The position numbers and the translations under genes are program-made. From a virus: DNA of 64,000 nucleotides. Where the stretch lies: IMG/VR virus record IMGVR_UViG_3300021141_000001; one strand, 5' to 3'. Positions within the stretch are counted from its first letter, which is position 1, and every line of letters starts with the position of its first letter. A model generated the notes under the pieces. It was not told where the DNA came from, searched no databases, and saw only the letters and a program-made list of their open reading frames with translations. Below are positions 8,380 through 18,353 of the stretch, piece by piece.

Positions 8380-8982
8380 ATGGCAAATGACATCGCATCA
8401 CAATTCTCTGGTTTACCGATTGAAGACTTAATTGTCTCTCCTTTGGTTGGTATGGCTAAGGGTCAAGCACAATTAAATGACGTAACTTGGAGATATATCT
8501 CTGAAGTAGCGTTCACTAAAGATAAAAATGGTAATACTACCGCAAGATCTTTGGATGTTGAAATGAACAGAGTTGTAACAGACGGAGCAACTGGTGAGCA
8601 AACTTTACAAAAGCTTTACTCAAAAGTACCTATGTTACCATTAGTTCCAATTCCATCACTTGCTATCACATCTGCTGATATCGAGTTTACAATGGAAATT
8701 AAAACTTCAGAAGTTGATAAATCAAGTACTGATACTGAAGCTTCTTTTCAAGCTTCTGCTTCTGGTGGATTCTGGGGTATGAAATACTCAGTTTCTATGG
8801 CTGGTAAAGTTGCTACTCACAAAGAAAACACTCGTAGCACTGATAACTCAGCTAAATACAATGTAAAAGTACACGCTGAACAATTACCTCCAACTGAAGG
8901 TATGTTGAAATTATCTGATTATCTAACACAAATGTTAGAACCATCTTTAATTCCACTTACTGAAGATCCTCAAAGTAAATAA
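8380..8982 (+). CDS. DUF2589-family protein
   Basis: FSGLPIEDLIVSPL...AKGQAQL, VPMLPLVPIPSLAI..ADIEFTMEI, RSTDNSAKYNVKVHA..PTEGM. Confidence 0.8.
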   Translation: MANDIASQFSGLPIEDLIVSPLVGMAKGQAQLNDVTWRYISEVAFTKDKNGNTTARSLDVEMNRVVTDGATGEQTLQKLYSKVPMLPLVPIPSLAITSADIEFTMEIKTSEVDKSSTDTEASFQASASGGFWGMKYSVSMAGKVATHKENTRSTDNSAKYNVKVHAEQLPPTEGMLKLSDYLTQMLEPSLIPLTEDPQSK

Positions 8983-9003
8983 TCAGCAAAGGATAAAAAT
9001 TAG

Positions 9004-9034
9004 AAAAGAGACTAAGAAATTGGTCTCTTTTTTT
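9004..9034 (+). terminator. Rho-independent terminator
   Basis: AAAAGAGACTAA-gaaa-TTGGTCTCTTTT followed by a T run. Confidence 0.75.
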
Positions 9035-9085
9035 ATTAAACTTTATTTATTTATTTCATTATAAGATAAAACACACATTTAAATA

Positions 9086-9577
9086 ATGGCAAGATTAAAC
9101 ATCGAAGAGTTGGTAAGTGGCTTACTTGAAGCAGGTATGGTTGCGCAAAGTATTACCGAAAAACAACACATAAGTAATCTTGTGAATTATTTTAATGCTG
9201 ATGGTTCACCTAAAGTTCAAAAGTTCAAAATTGGTGAAAAAGAAATGGAGGTACCTCTTTATATTTTAGCCGATCACTCATCTATTGGTTTAGATGAATT
9301 AGATGTTGAGTTTGAAGCAAGATTAGTTATTGGTGATAATCAAGCATCGGATCTTAAAAGAAGCCTATTAGGTATTTTTAAAAATAAAAAAGACGGAAAA
9401 ATTAGTCAAGATGCTAATCATAATATTAAATCAATTGAAGTTGATTCTGGTAAAAATGAAGACGGTTCTGGTATGGCTAAAATTAAAGTTAAATTTAAGT
9501 CTGATACTAAGCCTGAAATGATATCAAGACTAATTGATGCTTATATTCAAAAAATGGACGATTCGGGAACAAAATAA
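9086..9577 (+). CDS. DUF2589-family protein (second type)
   Basis: YFNADGSP, VPLYILADHSSIGLDELDVEFEARL, AKIKVKFK..PEMISRL. Confidence 0.75.
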   Translation: MARLNIEELVSGLLEAGMVAQSITEKQHISNLVNYFNADGSPKVQKFKIGEKEMEVPLYILADHSSIGLDELDVEFEARLVIGDNQASDLKRSLLGIFKNKKDGKISQDANHNIKSIEVDSGKNEDGSGMAKIKVKFKSDTKPEMISRLIDAYIQKMDDSGTK

Positions 9578-9594
9578 AATTACTATATAGAATC

Positions 9595-9876
9595 ATGGAA
9601 AAGAAAGATTCAAATAGTAGTGGATTTGCCGAAATATTTTTTAGTAAACTAAAAGAACAATCATTTACAATTATTTTAATGGTTGGTATGTTAATATACC
9701 AAAACAAAGTATTTAATGAACAAGTCATAAGATATGAAAAACTTGTTAATGAAAAACAACAATACATTGATAAGTTAATTGAAGACCAAAGACAGAGAGC
9801 TATTTTAAGAGAACAGTATTTGTTACAACAAAGAGATTCCTATGTTGATGATTTAATAAAAAATAATCATAAGTAA
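9595..9876 (+). CDS. Small membrane protein with coiled coil (holin-like)
   Basis: Single TM segment FTIILMVGMLIY followed by a helical region. Confidence 0.5.
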   Translation: MEKKDSNSSGFAEIFFSKLKEQSFTIILMVGMLIYQNKVFNEQVIRYEKLVNEKQQYIDKLIEDQRQRAILREQYLLQQRDSYVDDLIKNNHK

Positions 9877-10082
9877 TGGCTTTACCTTGTCCAGCTTGTA
9901 AAACACCTCTTAGTATTGATTTACATTTTATAATTGTAAATCCTGTTTCTGTTTGCCCAGGTTGTGGTATAATATTAGACTTTAGTGTTAATGAAGAAAT
10001 TAAAGGCAAATTCAAAGAAGCTATGGGTCAAATAGAAAGCATTAAAAGTCAATATAAAAATATTGCCAAATTTGGAAAATAA
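9876..10082 (+). CDS. Zinc-ribbon protein
   Basis: CPAC...CPGC. Confidence 0.7.
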   Translation: MALPCPACKTPLSIDLHFIIVNPVSVCPGCGIILDFSVNEEIKGKFKEAMGQIESIKSQYKNIAKFGK

Positions 10083-10108
10083 TATATACTACAAATATTA
10101 ATCTATTG

Positions 10109-10672
10109 ATGGAAAAGTTCTCAAAATTAAAACCAAAAAACGAATTTGAAGATAAAGATAAAGTTCTTTATCAAGATAATCATTTTCAAGTAGTTCAATT
10201 TGAAGATTGGTCTATTCTAAAAGAAAGAGACTGTGTTGTTTGTATTCCTTTCTTAATTGAAACAAATCAAATAGTTTTAAGATATGAATATATTCCCACA
10301 TTCAAATATGTTGATGGTCAAGAATATCATGTTACCCTAGTATGTGGTGGTATTGAAAACGGTGAAACTGTTGAAAAAGCTTTAAGAAGAGAACTTGAAG
10401 AAGAGGCTGGTATTGTTATCAGAGACGATTTTCAATTTGAAGATATGAAACCTCTTTACATTAGTAAAGCAATATCTAATAGATATCATCCTTTCTTAAT
10501 TCCTTTGAATGAAAAAGATTATCACGAGGTAGTCGCTAAAGGAGACGGATCTAAAGAAGAAGAAATGAGTAAATCAGTAAAAGTGGATGTTAAGTATATT
10601 AACTCTCTAAATCCATCTGATTTAATTACTGACTATATGTTAATGAAAATTAAAGATTATCTTAAACCATAA
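10109..10672 (+). CDS. NUDIX hydrolase (ADP-ribose pyrophosphatase-like)
   Basis: GGIENGETVEKALRRELEEEAG. Confidence 0.85.
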   Translation: MEKFSKLKPKNEFEDKDKVLYQDNHFQVVQFEDWSILKERDCVVCIPFLIETNQIVLRYEYIPTFKYVDGQEYHVTLVCGGIENGETVEKALRRELEEEAGIVIRDDFQFEDMKPLYISKAISNRYHPFLIPLNEKDYHEVVAKGDGSKEEEMSKSVKVDVKYINSLNPSDLITDYMLMKIKDYLKP

Positions 10673-10678
10673 TTTAGT

Positions 10679-10873
10679 ATGAAAGAACTTAATCTTTCTG
10701 ATGATATAAGTAAATTAGAGTTAATTAAAAAAGTTCGTAGATTTATTTATAATAATCAACATTCACTGCCAGTTTCTATAAATAGTAATAATCACACGGG
10801 TGTTATTATGGTTTTAGAAGAAGGTGATTTTAAATTTGTAATTAAAGATAATTTGATTTTAGTTACAGAGTAA
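10679..10873 (+). CDS. Hypothetical protein
   Basis: 64 aa ORF filling the gap. Confidence 0.5.
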   Translation: MKELNLSDDISKLELIKKVRRFIYNNQHSLPVSINSNNHTGVIMVLEEGDFKFVIKDNLILVTE

Positions 10874-10874
10874 A

Positions 10875-12230
10875 TTACTTATTTAAGTATCTTTCTAAAT
10901 CTGATTTCAAATCATTATTGAGAGATTTTGAATCAACATGACCGTAGTCAGAGAAATTTGGTTTCATTTCATAAGTGAAATATTGTTCACCACACCAGTC
11001 TTTGAATATGTCAAATAAACTATTACCTTTTAATCTATCAGCATCTTCGTTATCTATCCAATCATTACTATAGGGAATAGTATAAAATGTATCAAGCTCT
11101 TGATATTCTCTTCTTGTTTGATTTCCTTCAGCGTCTTTTGATGTATAGTATTTAGTAACCTCTCTTTTTTCTTTTGTAAATGTAAATTCACTTTCAACTA
11201 CTTCATCAAATTCATCAAGAATTGATTGATAGTTTGAATCAACGTGAGCATTCATTTCCCAGTCTCCTATTGTACTTCTAATTTCTTGACAGATTTCAGA
11301 ATTTTTACATAATTGTTTTAGAGTTTCATAGAATCTTTCTTTTAGTAAGAATTGAATAACTTCTTCTTCTGATTTTCCTTTAACACTTTCATATGCTTCA
11401 TCAGAACATTCATCACCAATATGATTAATCATATCTTCTAATCCACCAACTTCTTTAATCATAGCTTTAATCAATAATTGATTATTTTCTTTAGTTAATG
11501 TATATTGAAACATTGAAGGTATATCCGGTTGATAATCTGAACCATAGTAATTATCATACATATCTTCTTCGCCTTTTACTAAAATGTCTTTATAGCTAGA
11601 ACTTCTAGACAACATAATATCAGACATATCTTCTAAATTAACCTCAACATAAATATTACCATCTTTAATAATGGCATCTGACCAGTCATAATATTTTACA
11701 AGGTCTTCTTCTGTGAATTCAACAGTATCTTTTGACTTAACAAAAATAGCAATATAATCATTAGCTTCTAATGACTCAGGTTCACCTGAATTCCAGTTAT
11801 CTGTAAAGAATAATCCACCTTTAATTTCTACACCATCTATATCACCAATATTGCCATCTTTATCGTGTATTGATATTTCAGCATTTGCTTCTTCTTCTAT
11901 AATTGAACAAGTAAATTGAAATGTAGAAGTAACATCATCATTTTTAAGTCTTTGTCCTTTTATTATTTGAATCCAATAAGCAGGTCTAACTTTATCACCT
12001 GATTTTACCTTATCAGTATAAACATCTTTATCTTTTACCTCTTTAGTAGACCAATTTTTTTCTTGTATAGTTTCACAAAATCCAAAATCTACACTAACTA
12101 TATAACCAGCATCTGTTATTTCTAACATATAATCAGTGATATCATCTTCGGTTAGTTTCCAAAGAGTTTTCTCTTCTATTTGTTCTTTAATAGATTCGGA
12201 AATAAAGTGAATATATCTTTTAAGTTTCAT
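10875..12230 (-). CDS. Hypothetical acidic protein with capsid-targeting-like N-terminus
   Basis: MKLKRYIHFISES; 451 aa. Confidence 0.7.
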   Translation of the reverse strand: MKLKRYIHFISESIKEQIEEKTLWKLTEDDITDYMLEITDAGYIVSVDFGFCETIQEKNWSTKEVKDKDVYTDKVKSGDKVRPAYWIQIIKGQRLKNDDVTSTFQFTCSIIEEEANAEISIHDKDGNIGDIDGVEIKGGLFFTDNWNSGEPESLEANDYIAIFVKSKDTVEFTEEDLVKYYDWSDAIIKDGNIYVEVNLEDMSDIMLSRSSSYKDILVKGEEDMYDNYYGSDYQPDIPSMFQYTLTKENNQLLIKAMIKEVGGLEDMINHIGDECSDEAYESVKGKSEEEVIQFLLKERFYETLKQLCKNSEICQEIRSTIGDWEMNAHVDSNYQSILDEFDEVVESEFTFTKEKREVTKYYTSKDAEGNQTRREYQELDTFYTIPYSNDWIDNEDADRLKGNSLFDIFKDWCGEQYFTYEMKPNFSDYGHVDSKSLNNDLKSDLERYLNK

Positions 12231-12232
12231 TA

Positions 12233-12248
12233 TTTAATATATATTAAA
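12233..12248. promoter_or_regulatory. Palindromic bidirectional late-type promoter
   Basis: TTTAATATATATTAAA between divergent genes; reads TAATATATA on both strands. Confidence 0.6.
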
Positions 12249-12264
12249 AATTTCATTACATTTT

Positions 12265-13104
12265 ATGAGATACATAAAGTTATACGAACAATTTAGAATA
12301 TTTGAGGCAGAAGATATTAAAGATATTCCAGCACCATCAAAACAAGTACTTTTAGATGGAACATCTAGTTCTGGTAAAAGTGCCGCACTTAAAGGCTTAT
12401 CAGATGATTGGTGTGTTTTAGCGGTAGATTCATTTTATAATTTAATGTATGAAGAGGCAGGAAATGAAGATTTTGGAAATAAAGATAAACCAAAAATATC
12501 TGAAGTATATCCTGATTGTCCTTATAAAACAAGTCGTGGTACCGAGGATTTTGAAAAAGCTGCTAGATGGTTTATGACACAAGAAGCAAAATATGGAAAA
12601 ATATCAAAATTAGGATTAAAGGATAAAAATGGTACATTTGGAAGATCTGAACAAAGTAAAAATGTAATATATGATGATGTTCAAGGAACCATATTAGAGT
12701 CTGCTGTTAAATCTGGTCTTTCTAAGCCAAAATGGATTTTAGTTCATGCTCCAATCGACCATTTAATTTTGAATATAGAAAGAAGAAAAGGAACTGACGG
12801 TAGAGACCCCAAAAATGTTTTTATTGGTGCTTATTGTTTTAAGTATGAGGCAAAATCTGAAAAGGGCGGTGTTGATCCTGAAAAATCTTGGACTAAATCT
12901 TCTGTGAAAGAGTTATTTAAAAATCAATCTTGGGTTGATGAATTCTTAAATAAACTAGGTATCAAAGAAGATGAAAAAGAATATTGGATATACACTAAAA
13001 GTATGCCAGAAGGAAAATATGATGTAATTGTTAATACAAGAAATAAATCTGGTAATCAGATGACAATTGATGAGGTTTCATCAGAAGTTAAGAAAAATTT
13101 CTAA
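12265..13104 (+). CDS. P-loop kinase (chloramphenicol-phosphotransferase-like) with capsid-targeting-like N-terminus
   Basis: MRYIKLYEQFRIFE; LLDGTSSSGKS, AVDSF, VIYDDV. Confidence 0.65.
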   Translation: MRYIKLYEQFRIFEAEDIKDIPAPSKQVLLDGTSSSGKSAALKGLSDDWCVLAVDSFYNLMYEEAGNEDFGNKDKPKISEVYPDCPYKTSRGTEDFEKAARWFMTQEAKYGKISKLGLKDKNGTFGRSEQSKNVIYDDVQGTILESAVKSGLSKPKWILVHAPIDHLILNIERRKGTDGRDPKNVFIGAYCFKYEAKSEKGGVDPEKSWTKSSVKELFKNQSWVDEFLNKLGIKEDEKEYWIYTKSMPEGKYDVIVNTRNKSGNQMTIDEVSSEVKKNF

Positions 13105-13105
13105 T

Positions 13106-13134
13106 AAAAAAGAGAGACTTAAAGTCTCTCTTTT
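13106..13134. terminator. Bidirectional terminator
   Basis: AAAAAAGAGAGACTT-a-AAGTCTCTCTTTT between convergent genes. Confidence 0.8.
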
Positions 13135-13160
13135 CATTTATAGCTGTTCGTTTATTTGTT

Positions 13161-14090
13161 TTAGATTTTACTTAGTAATTCTGATTTCTTTTCAGAGAAC
13201 TCTTCATCTGTTAAGATTCCGGCTGAGTGTAAATCGGCTAATTTTTTGATTAGTTCAATTACTTCATCAGATTCTTTTTTCACATTTATTTCTCCTGTTT
13301 TCTTATTAAAAATATCCTTTGTTTCAACTGGCTTTCTACTTTCTGGTAAGATTTGAATAATAGTTGAAGAAATATAATGTTTCTCAAAGTCCATATCTAC
13401 CTCAGTGAATTTTTGTTTAGACTTTTCACCTTTTTCAACTCTACCGGTTTCTAAACTATTAGTGAATAGATTATTAACTGTAGTTCCACCATATGGTACA
13501 TTAACATCAGATGTATAACTACAATTTATCATATTATTACTTGAGTAAGTATTTGTAGTTGTTGTTCCTATAATACCATTAGATAGATTTGTAGTTACAC
13601 AAGTACCATTAATAGTAGGACTTGTACCATACCAAACTGTATATGGATTACGCCAAGGATAAGGATTGTATGGATAATACTTTTCAACAATGATTCTATC
13701 AAACTTTCTTTGCCAGTTATCTAAAGTGATAACATCTTCTTTATAGAAAAAAACTTCTAAAAGACCATTGTTCTGAGTTGCGTCTAATGCTTCTCCAGAA
13801 TTTTCAATTTCATAAGTTGAAAATTTGAATTTCTTTTTATCGTCAATAAAACAATCGAGATAAACCCTTTGTCCTGGTTTTACTACTAATCCTGTTTTTG
13901 ATATTGATTGACCGTTTAATTTAATATCAGCGAGAACTGAAACGGTTAGTGGGTTGAATAATTCAATTTCGAATTCTTCTTTATCTTCTAAGAAAACTTT
14001 TCCACTTTTAATTGATTTTCTCCCTTTGTCGTTAGGAGTTACGATCCAAGCACTTGGTTTCGTGCTGGTTTGAGCAATTTGTTTTGCCAT
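13161..14090 (-). CDS. Hypothetical protein with C-terminal SHOCT domain
   Basis: IKKLADLHSAGILTDEEFSEKKSELL; N-terminal beta-rich domain. Confidence 0.7.
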   Translation of the reverse strand: MAKQIAQTSTKPSAWIVTPNDKGRKSIKSGKVFLEDKEEFEIELFNPLTVSVLADIKLNGQSISKTGLVVKPGQRVYLDCFIDDKKKFKFSTYEIENSGEALDATQNNGLLEVFFYKEDVITLDNWQRKFDRIIVEKYYPYNPYPWRNPYTVWYGTSPTINGTCVTTNLSNGIIGTTTTNTYSSNNMINCSYTSDVNVPYGGTTVNNLFTNSLETGRVEKGEKSKQKFTEVDMDFEKHYISSTIIQILPESRKPVETKDIFNKKTGEINVKKESDEVIELIKKLADLHSAGILTDEEFSEKKSELLSKI

Positions 14091-14203
14091 AGTTATTCTT
14101 TTTTATTTTATCCTATATCTTTGATTCATTTCTAAATCTCAAAGGCATCCTTTTGATACCTGACATAAGTGTAGCGAACAGCTAAATTATATATTGAAAA
14201 AGT

Positions 14204-14761
14204 TTATGCTTGTTGTAAATTTGTACCACAACCTGGACAAAATTTATAATTATTGTTTTCTAAGCCACAGTTGTAGCAAAATTTAATATTTGATACATTT
14301 ATTGGTGTTTTATTAGTTTCTATAGATTTTACTTGTTCTATAACATTTGTTTTTTTAATGTGTATAAAATTTGTATTTGGATAAATTTGGTCTCTTTTAC
14401 CTGTTATTATTATTTCAGGATTTGACTCTATGTTAAATATCCAAGGACTTTTTATCCATCTAGTGAATATTTTTGTTTTTTGGTCAATTTCTTCTCTACT
14501 TTTACCATCTATAAAAACAACAATTTCATTTACATTATTTCTTTCTATTAATCCTCCAGGTTCTAATAAAACATCTTGTAACACACTCATTGTTTTAAAA
14601 ACTTCTTTTTGATCCGGAACTCCTTCAATTAGTTTAAAATTAAAAGTCCAGAGTTTTGAACCGGGTGCTGTTTCTAATAATTGAACACCATATTTAGTTC
14701 CGTTATCAGAACTAAAAACTATAGTGTTATTCCAAGAAATGGATCTATCTATTGTGTACAT
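14204..14761 (-). CDS. Hypothetical protein with C-terminal double zinc ribbon
   Basis: FCYNCG...KFCPGCGTNL; start moved to the ATG after the ATATATA motif. Confidence 0.65.
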   Translation of the reverse strand: MYTIDRSISWNNTIVFSSDNGTKYGVQLLETAPGSKLWTFNFKLIEGVPDQKEVFKTMSVLQDVLLEPGGLIERNNVNEIVVFIDGKSREEIDQKTKIFTRWIKSPWIFNIESNPEIIITGKRDQIYPNTNFIHIKKTNVIEQVKSIETNKTPINVSNIKFCYNCGLENNNYKFCPGCGTNLQQA

Positions 14762-14835
14762 AAAATTATATATCAAAAAACTTGTTTTTTCTTAACTAAT
14801 GTTGTATATTTGTATAATTAATAAATTAGCTCGAC

Positions 14836-16059
14836 GTGAATAAAAACAACTTAATTTTAGAAACATTCCTACGGTTGACGAGCCGCACTTATCCACATGG
14901 TACTGAAGATGAATTGGTAGAATCAATGATTGAACAAGGTATATTTCCAGTGGATTTACAAAAAGACGTACATGGTAACTACTTCTATAAAATAGGAGAG
15001 TCACGAACTATATTTGCTTCTCACTTAGATACTGTTAGTAAAGAATCTACCACCGTAACACATACATTTGATGATTATATGATTGGTACTGATGGTAAGA
15101 CTACTTTAGGTGCTGATGATAAAGCAGGTGTGACTGTTATGTTACATTTAATGAAAAATAACATTCCTGGTCTTTACTACTTCTTCATCGGTGAAGAAGT
15201 TGGTTGTATTGGTTCAGGATTGGCATCATCAATGTCTATAAAAGACTTCAAAGGTAAATACGATAGAATTATCTCTTTTGATAGAAGAGGCACTGACTCT
15301 GTTATTACCTATCAATCTTCTACAAGATGTTGTTCAGATGATTTTGCCGATGCTTTGGCAAGACAATTGAACTTATCTGGTATGAAATATAAAAAAGACG
15401 AAGGTGGAGTTTATACTGACTCGGCTGAGTTTACTGATATCATCCCAGAGTGTACAAATATATCTGTTGGTTATTACAAAGAACATACTGTTAATGAGAC
15501 TCAAGATATTCAACACCTTGAAGATTTATCAATGGCTTGTTTATTAGTTGATTGGGAGAATCTTCCAACTCAACGAGATATGACTAAGAAAGAGTACAAA
15601 TCTTATGGTTATACTAACTATGGCACTGGTTATAAATCAACTACTTATAAACCCAAATCTAACGATTGGAGAAGAAGAGATTATGGTTATCACGATGATT
15701 GGTATGACCAAAGTCCTCAAGATGATGCGCCTATTGATAATAGTGTTGATGATGTTGATTGGGAAATCGAATATGGTAAATTTAAGAAAAGCCGTAGAAG
15801 TAATAAAAAAGGAAAATCTTACATTGATAATGGATCCGGTTTAGAACCATATAGCGATAGAACTAATATTTCATATAAAAGTTCTACATTATCAAATGTA
15901 GGGAATGATAGAAATTACTATGATAATTTGATTGATAAAATTGTTAAAGATGATTTATCAAAAGAAGATTTAGAAGTTATTAAAGACCAATATCTTGATA
16001 TGACTACTGAAAATGATAGAACTTTTTATCAATATCTTTTAGGAAACATTATCGACTAA
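14836..16059 (+). CDS. M20/M28-family metallopeptidase with low-complexity C-terminal tail
   Basis: SHLDTV, LGADDKAG, GEEVG, FDR, YTDS, EH. Confidence 0.85.
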   Translation: MNKNNLILETFLRLTSRTYPHGTEDELVESMIEQGIFPVDLQKDVHGNYFYKIGESRTIFASHLDTVSKESTTVTHTFDDYMIGTDGKTTLGADDKAGVTVMLHLMKNNIPGLYYFFIGEEVGCIGSGLASSMSIKDFKGKYDRIISFDRRGTDSVITYQSSTRCCSDDFADALARQLNLSGMKYKKDEGGVYTDSAEFTDIIPECTNISVGYYKEHTVNETQDIQHLEDLSMACLLVDWENLPTQRDMTKKEYKSYGYTNYGTGYKSTTYKPKSNDWRRRDYGYHDDWYDQSPQDDAPIDNSVDDVDWEIEYGKFKKSRRSNKKGKSYIDNGSGLEPYSDRTNISYKSSTLSNVGNDRNYYDNLIDKIVKDDLSKEDLEVIKDQYLDMTTENDRTFYQYLLGNIID

Positions 16060-16261
16060 AATCAATAATATCAGAAGACTTAATAATTTCATCAGGAGCA
16101 TTAGGAATTTTAGAATTAGGAACATTATGACTAACTTTATAAGAAACTTTAGACAATTTCTCAAGTATTTTAACAGGAGTAACCATGTCATTATACCAAT
16201 ATTCTATAAGAACATTGTCACCCTCTTTTAAAAACGATTTAAACTCTAACAAAAACTTCAT
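16049..16261 (-). CDS. Small protein with capsid-targeting-like N-terminus
   Basis: MKFLLEFKSFLKE; TATATATTA at 16266-16274. Confidence 0.6.
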   Translation of the reverse strand: MKFLLEFKSFLKEGDNVLIEYWYNDMVTPVKILEKLSKVSYKVSHNVPNSKIPNAPDEIIKSSDIIDFSR

Positions 16262-16276
16262 ATACTATATATTAAT

Positions 16277-17242
16277 ATGTCAATGCTTATTTTTAACGAC
16301 GAAATGTACAGCTTTCTACAATTTGCCCAGAGAGAGTCTATTATTGCGGCATTATTTTTACAAGGTGATTCATCACATATCAATGATGAAGGTAATTATG
16401 TCAAAAGAGTTGAAGATGAAATAGATGTTGTTTCATTTTTACCAAAATCTAAATATGAAAAAGTTGAAAATGAATGGGAAAGTGGTCGTATTAAAATTAA
16501 AATTGGAAGATTTATTAGAAAATTTCTAACAGATTTTTCAATTCAAAATTTTAACATTAATGACCAAATGATTGAAAAATTTGTAAATCTCTATAAATCT
16601 TATTTCTCTAGAGATATATCTAAATTAAAGATTGTAGAGGGTGAGGAAATTCTAAAATATTATTTAGAAGATAATTATCATAGTCTTAATGGAAATAGAG
16701 CTGGTTCTCTTTGGAATTCTTGTATGAGACAAAGAGAACGAAATAAGTTTATGAAACTTTATGCTAAAAACTCTGATAAAGTCAAAATGTTAGTTTTCTT
16801 TTCAGATGATGATAAGGTAAGAGCTAGAGCATTGATATGGGAAGGTGTTAAAGACCATAAAGATTCTACCAAAGAGTATAAGTTTATGGATAGAATTTAC
16901 TATTACTACGACCATGATATTAATTTTTTCAAGGATTGGGCAAAAGAAAGCGGATATCTTTGTAAATGGGAACAAAGTGCTAAAACTGAAATGTTATTTG
17001 ATGATGGTACTGGTTCTCCAGTTATAAAACAATTATATGTTATGTTAGACGAATATAATTTGCCTTACTATCCTTACTTAGACACTTTTAAGTTCTTTAA
17101 TTTTGATAAAGGTAGATTCTCTAACTCTGACTCATATAACTTTGATTATATTTTAGTCCAAAGTTCTGGTGCTATGGAACGCGAAGAGCGTGAGCCAGAT
17201 GAAGATGAAATGTTATACTTTGATGAAGATGATAATAATTAA
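16277..17242 (+). CDS. Conserved phage protein (SCM / RALxW / DRIY / PYLDT motifs), paralog of 40746-42284
   Basis: GSLWNSCMR, RARALIW, MDRIY, YPYLDTF. Confidence 0.7.
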   Translation: MSMLIFNDEMYSFLQFAQRESIIAALFLQGDSSHINDEGNYVKRVEDEIDVVSFLPKSKYEKVENEWESGRIKIKIGRFIRKFLTDFSIQNFNINDQMIEKFVNLYKSYFSRDISKLKIVEGEEILKYYLEDNYHSLNGNRAGSLWNSCMRQRERNKFMKLYAKNSDKVKMLVFFSDDDKVRARALIWEGVKDHKDSTKEYKFMDRIYYYYDHDINFFKDWAKESGYLCKWEQSAKTEMLFDDGTGSPVIKQLYVMLDEYNLPYYPYLDTFKFFNFDKGRFSNSDSYNFDYILVQSSGAMEREEREPDEDEMLYFDEDDNN

Positions 17243-17244
17243 AC

Positions 17245-17273
17245 AAAAAACCCACCAATTAGGTGGGTTTTTT
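17245..17273. terminator. Bidirectional terminator
   Basis: AAAAAACCCACC-aatta-GGTGGGTTTTTT. Confidence 0.85.
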
Positions 17274-17274
17274 G

Positions 17275-18030
17275 TTAAAACTCTTTTTGTTCTGAACGAT
17301 ACTTATCATATCTATCAGCAATTTGTATTAAGAATTTATTTCTAACGATATCTGTGTTATTGAACTCAAACATACAAAGCTCTTCCATTCCATTCACCAT
17401 TCCAATAAAGTCATTATAACCTGAGTCTTTTTTTCTAACATCATACTGTGATGTATCTCCCATCATAACAGCTTTTGAGTCTTTACCTAAACGAGTAACC
17501 CATAACATTAGTTGTTTAATAGAAGCGTTCTGACACTCATCTAATAACATAATACAGTTATCATAAGTAGAACCTCTCATATAAGCTAATGGCTCAAATA
17601 CGATTTCTTCTGTAGCAAATAACATATCAACTGTTGCTCTGCCTAAAATCTTACAGAATGTTGTGTAATAAGATTGTTTATATGGATGTAATTTATCTTC
17701 CATACTTCCTGGTAAGAAGCCTAAGTTTTCGCCTGATTCTTGAATAGGTTTTGTAATAATTATTCTTTCAATTTTTTTATCAGCTAAAAGTGCTAATGCG
17801 GCATAACAAGTAGTATATGTTTTAGATGTACCGGCTGGACCGTGTACAACTGTAAGTGTGTTATTTCTTATACCTTTATACAAATCTTGTTGTTTTTCAC
17901 TAAGATGAACATTTGATTTTTGAAACTCTTCTTTAGTAAGTGAGTTCTTTTTTCGAAGGTTCTTTTTATATTCAAAGTCTTGAATTCCTTCTTGAATCTG
18001 GCTGTTTACTTCACTTCTGTTTTTACTCAT
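17275..18030 (-). CDS. phoH: PhoH-family ATPase
   Basis: GPAGTSKT, GENLGFLPG, PLAYMRGST, LDECQN, GDTSQYD, DIVRN. Confidence 0.95.
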   Translation of the reverse strand: MSKNRSEVNSQIQEGIQDFEYKKNLRKKNSLTKEEFQKSNVHLSEKQQDLYKGIRNNTLTVVHGPAGTSKTYTTCYAALALLADKKIERIIITKPIQESGENLGFLPGSMEDKLHPYKQSYYTTFCKILGRATVDMLFATEEIVFEPLAYMRGSTYDNCIMLLDECQNASIKQLMLWVTRLGKDSKAVMMGDTSQYDVRKKDSGYNDFIGMVNGMEELCMFEFNNTDIVRNKFLIQIADRYDKYRSEQKEF

Positions 18031-18135
18031 TTAGAATGATTTATTTTCTTTATATATTGATATTTTTTATTTACCCTTCTCTTTATAAGAGATATCAACT
18101 TTTAATATATAATACAAACATTACTCTCAGAGAAA

Positions 18136-18351
18136 GTGAAAAAAGAGGATGACTTAATATATGACTTGATTTTTTCGGAAAAAGAATCTTTTAAAATTGA
18201 TATATCCGAGTATATTTCAGATATATATCAGTATGAAGATTTTATTGATAAAATTAAAAAGATTTTAAAAAAATCTAAAGTTAAAATAATTATAAGTGAA
18301 ACTCTGATGAGTAGTAAAACAGTAATCTGGGAATTAAAAGTTAAAAAATAA
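18136..18351 (+). CDS. Hypothetical protein
   Basis: 71 aa, GTG start, TAATATATA at 18103-18111. Confidence 0.55.
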   Translation: MKKEDDLIYDLIFSEKESFKIDISEYISDIYQYEDFIDKIKKILKKSKVKIIISETLMSSKTVIWELKVKK

Positions 18352-18353
18352 AT

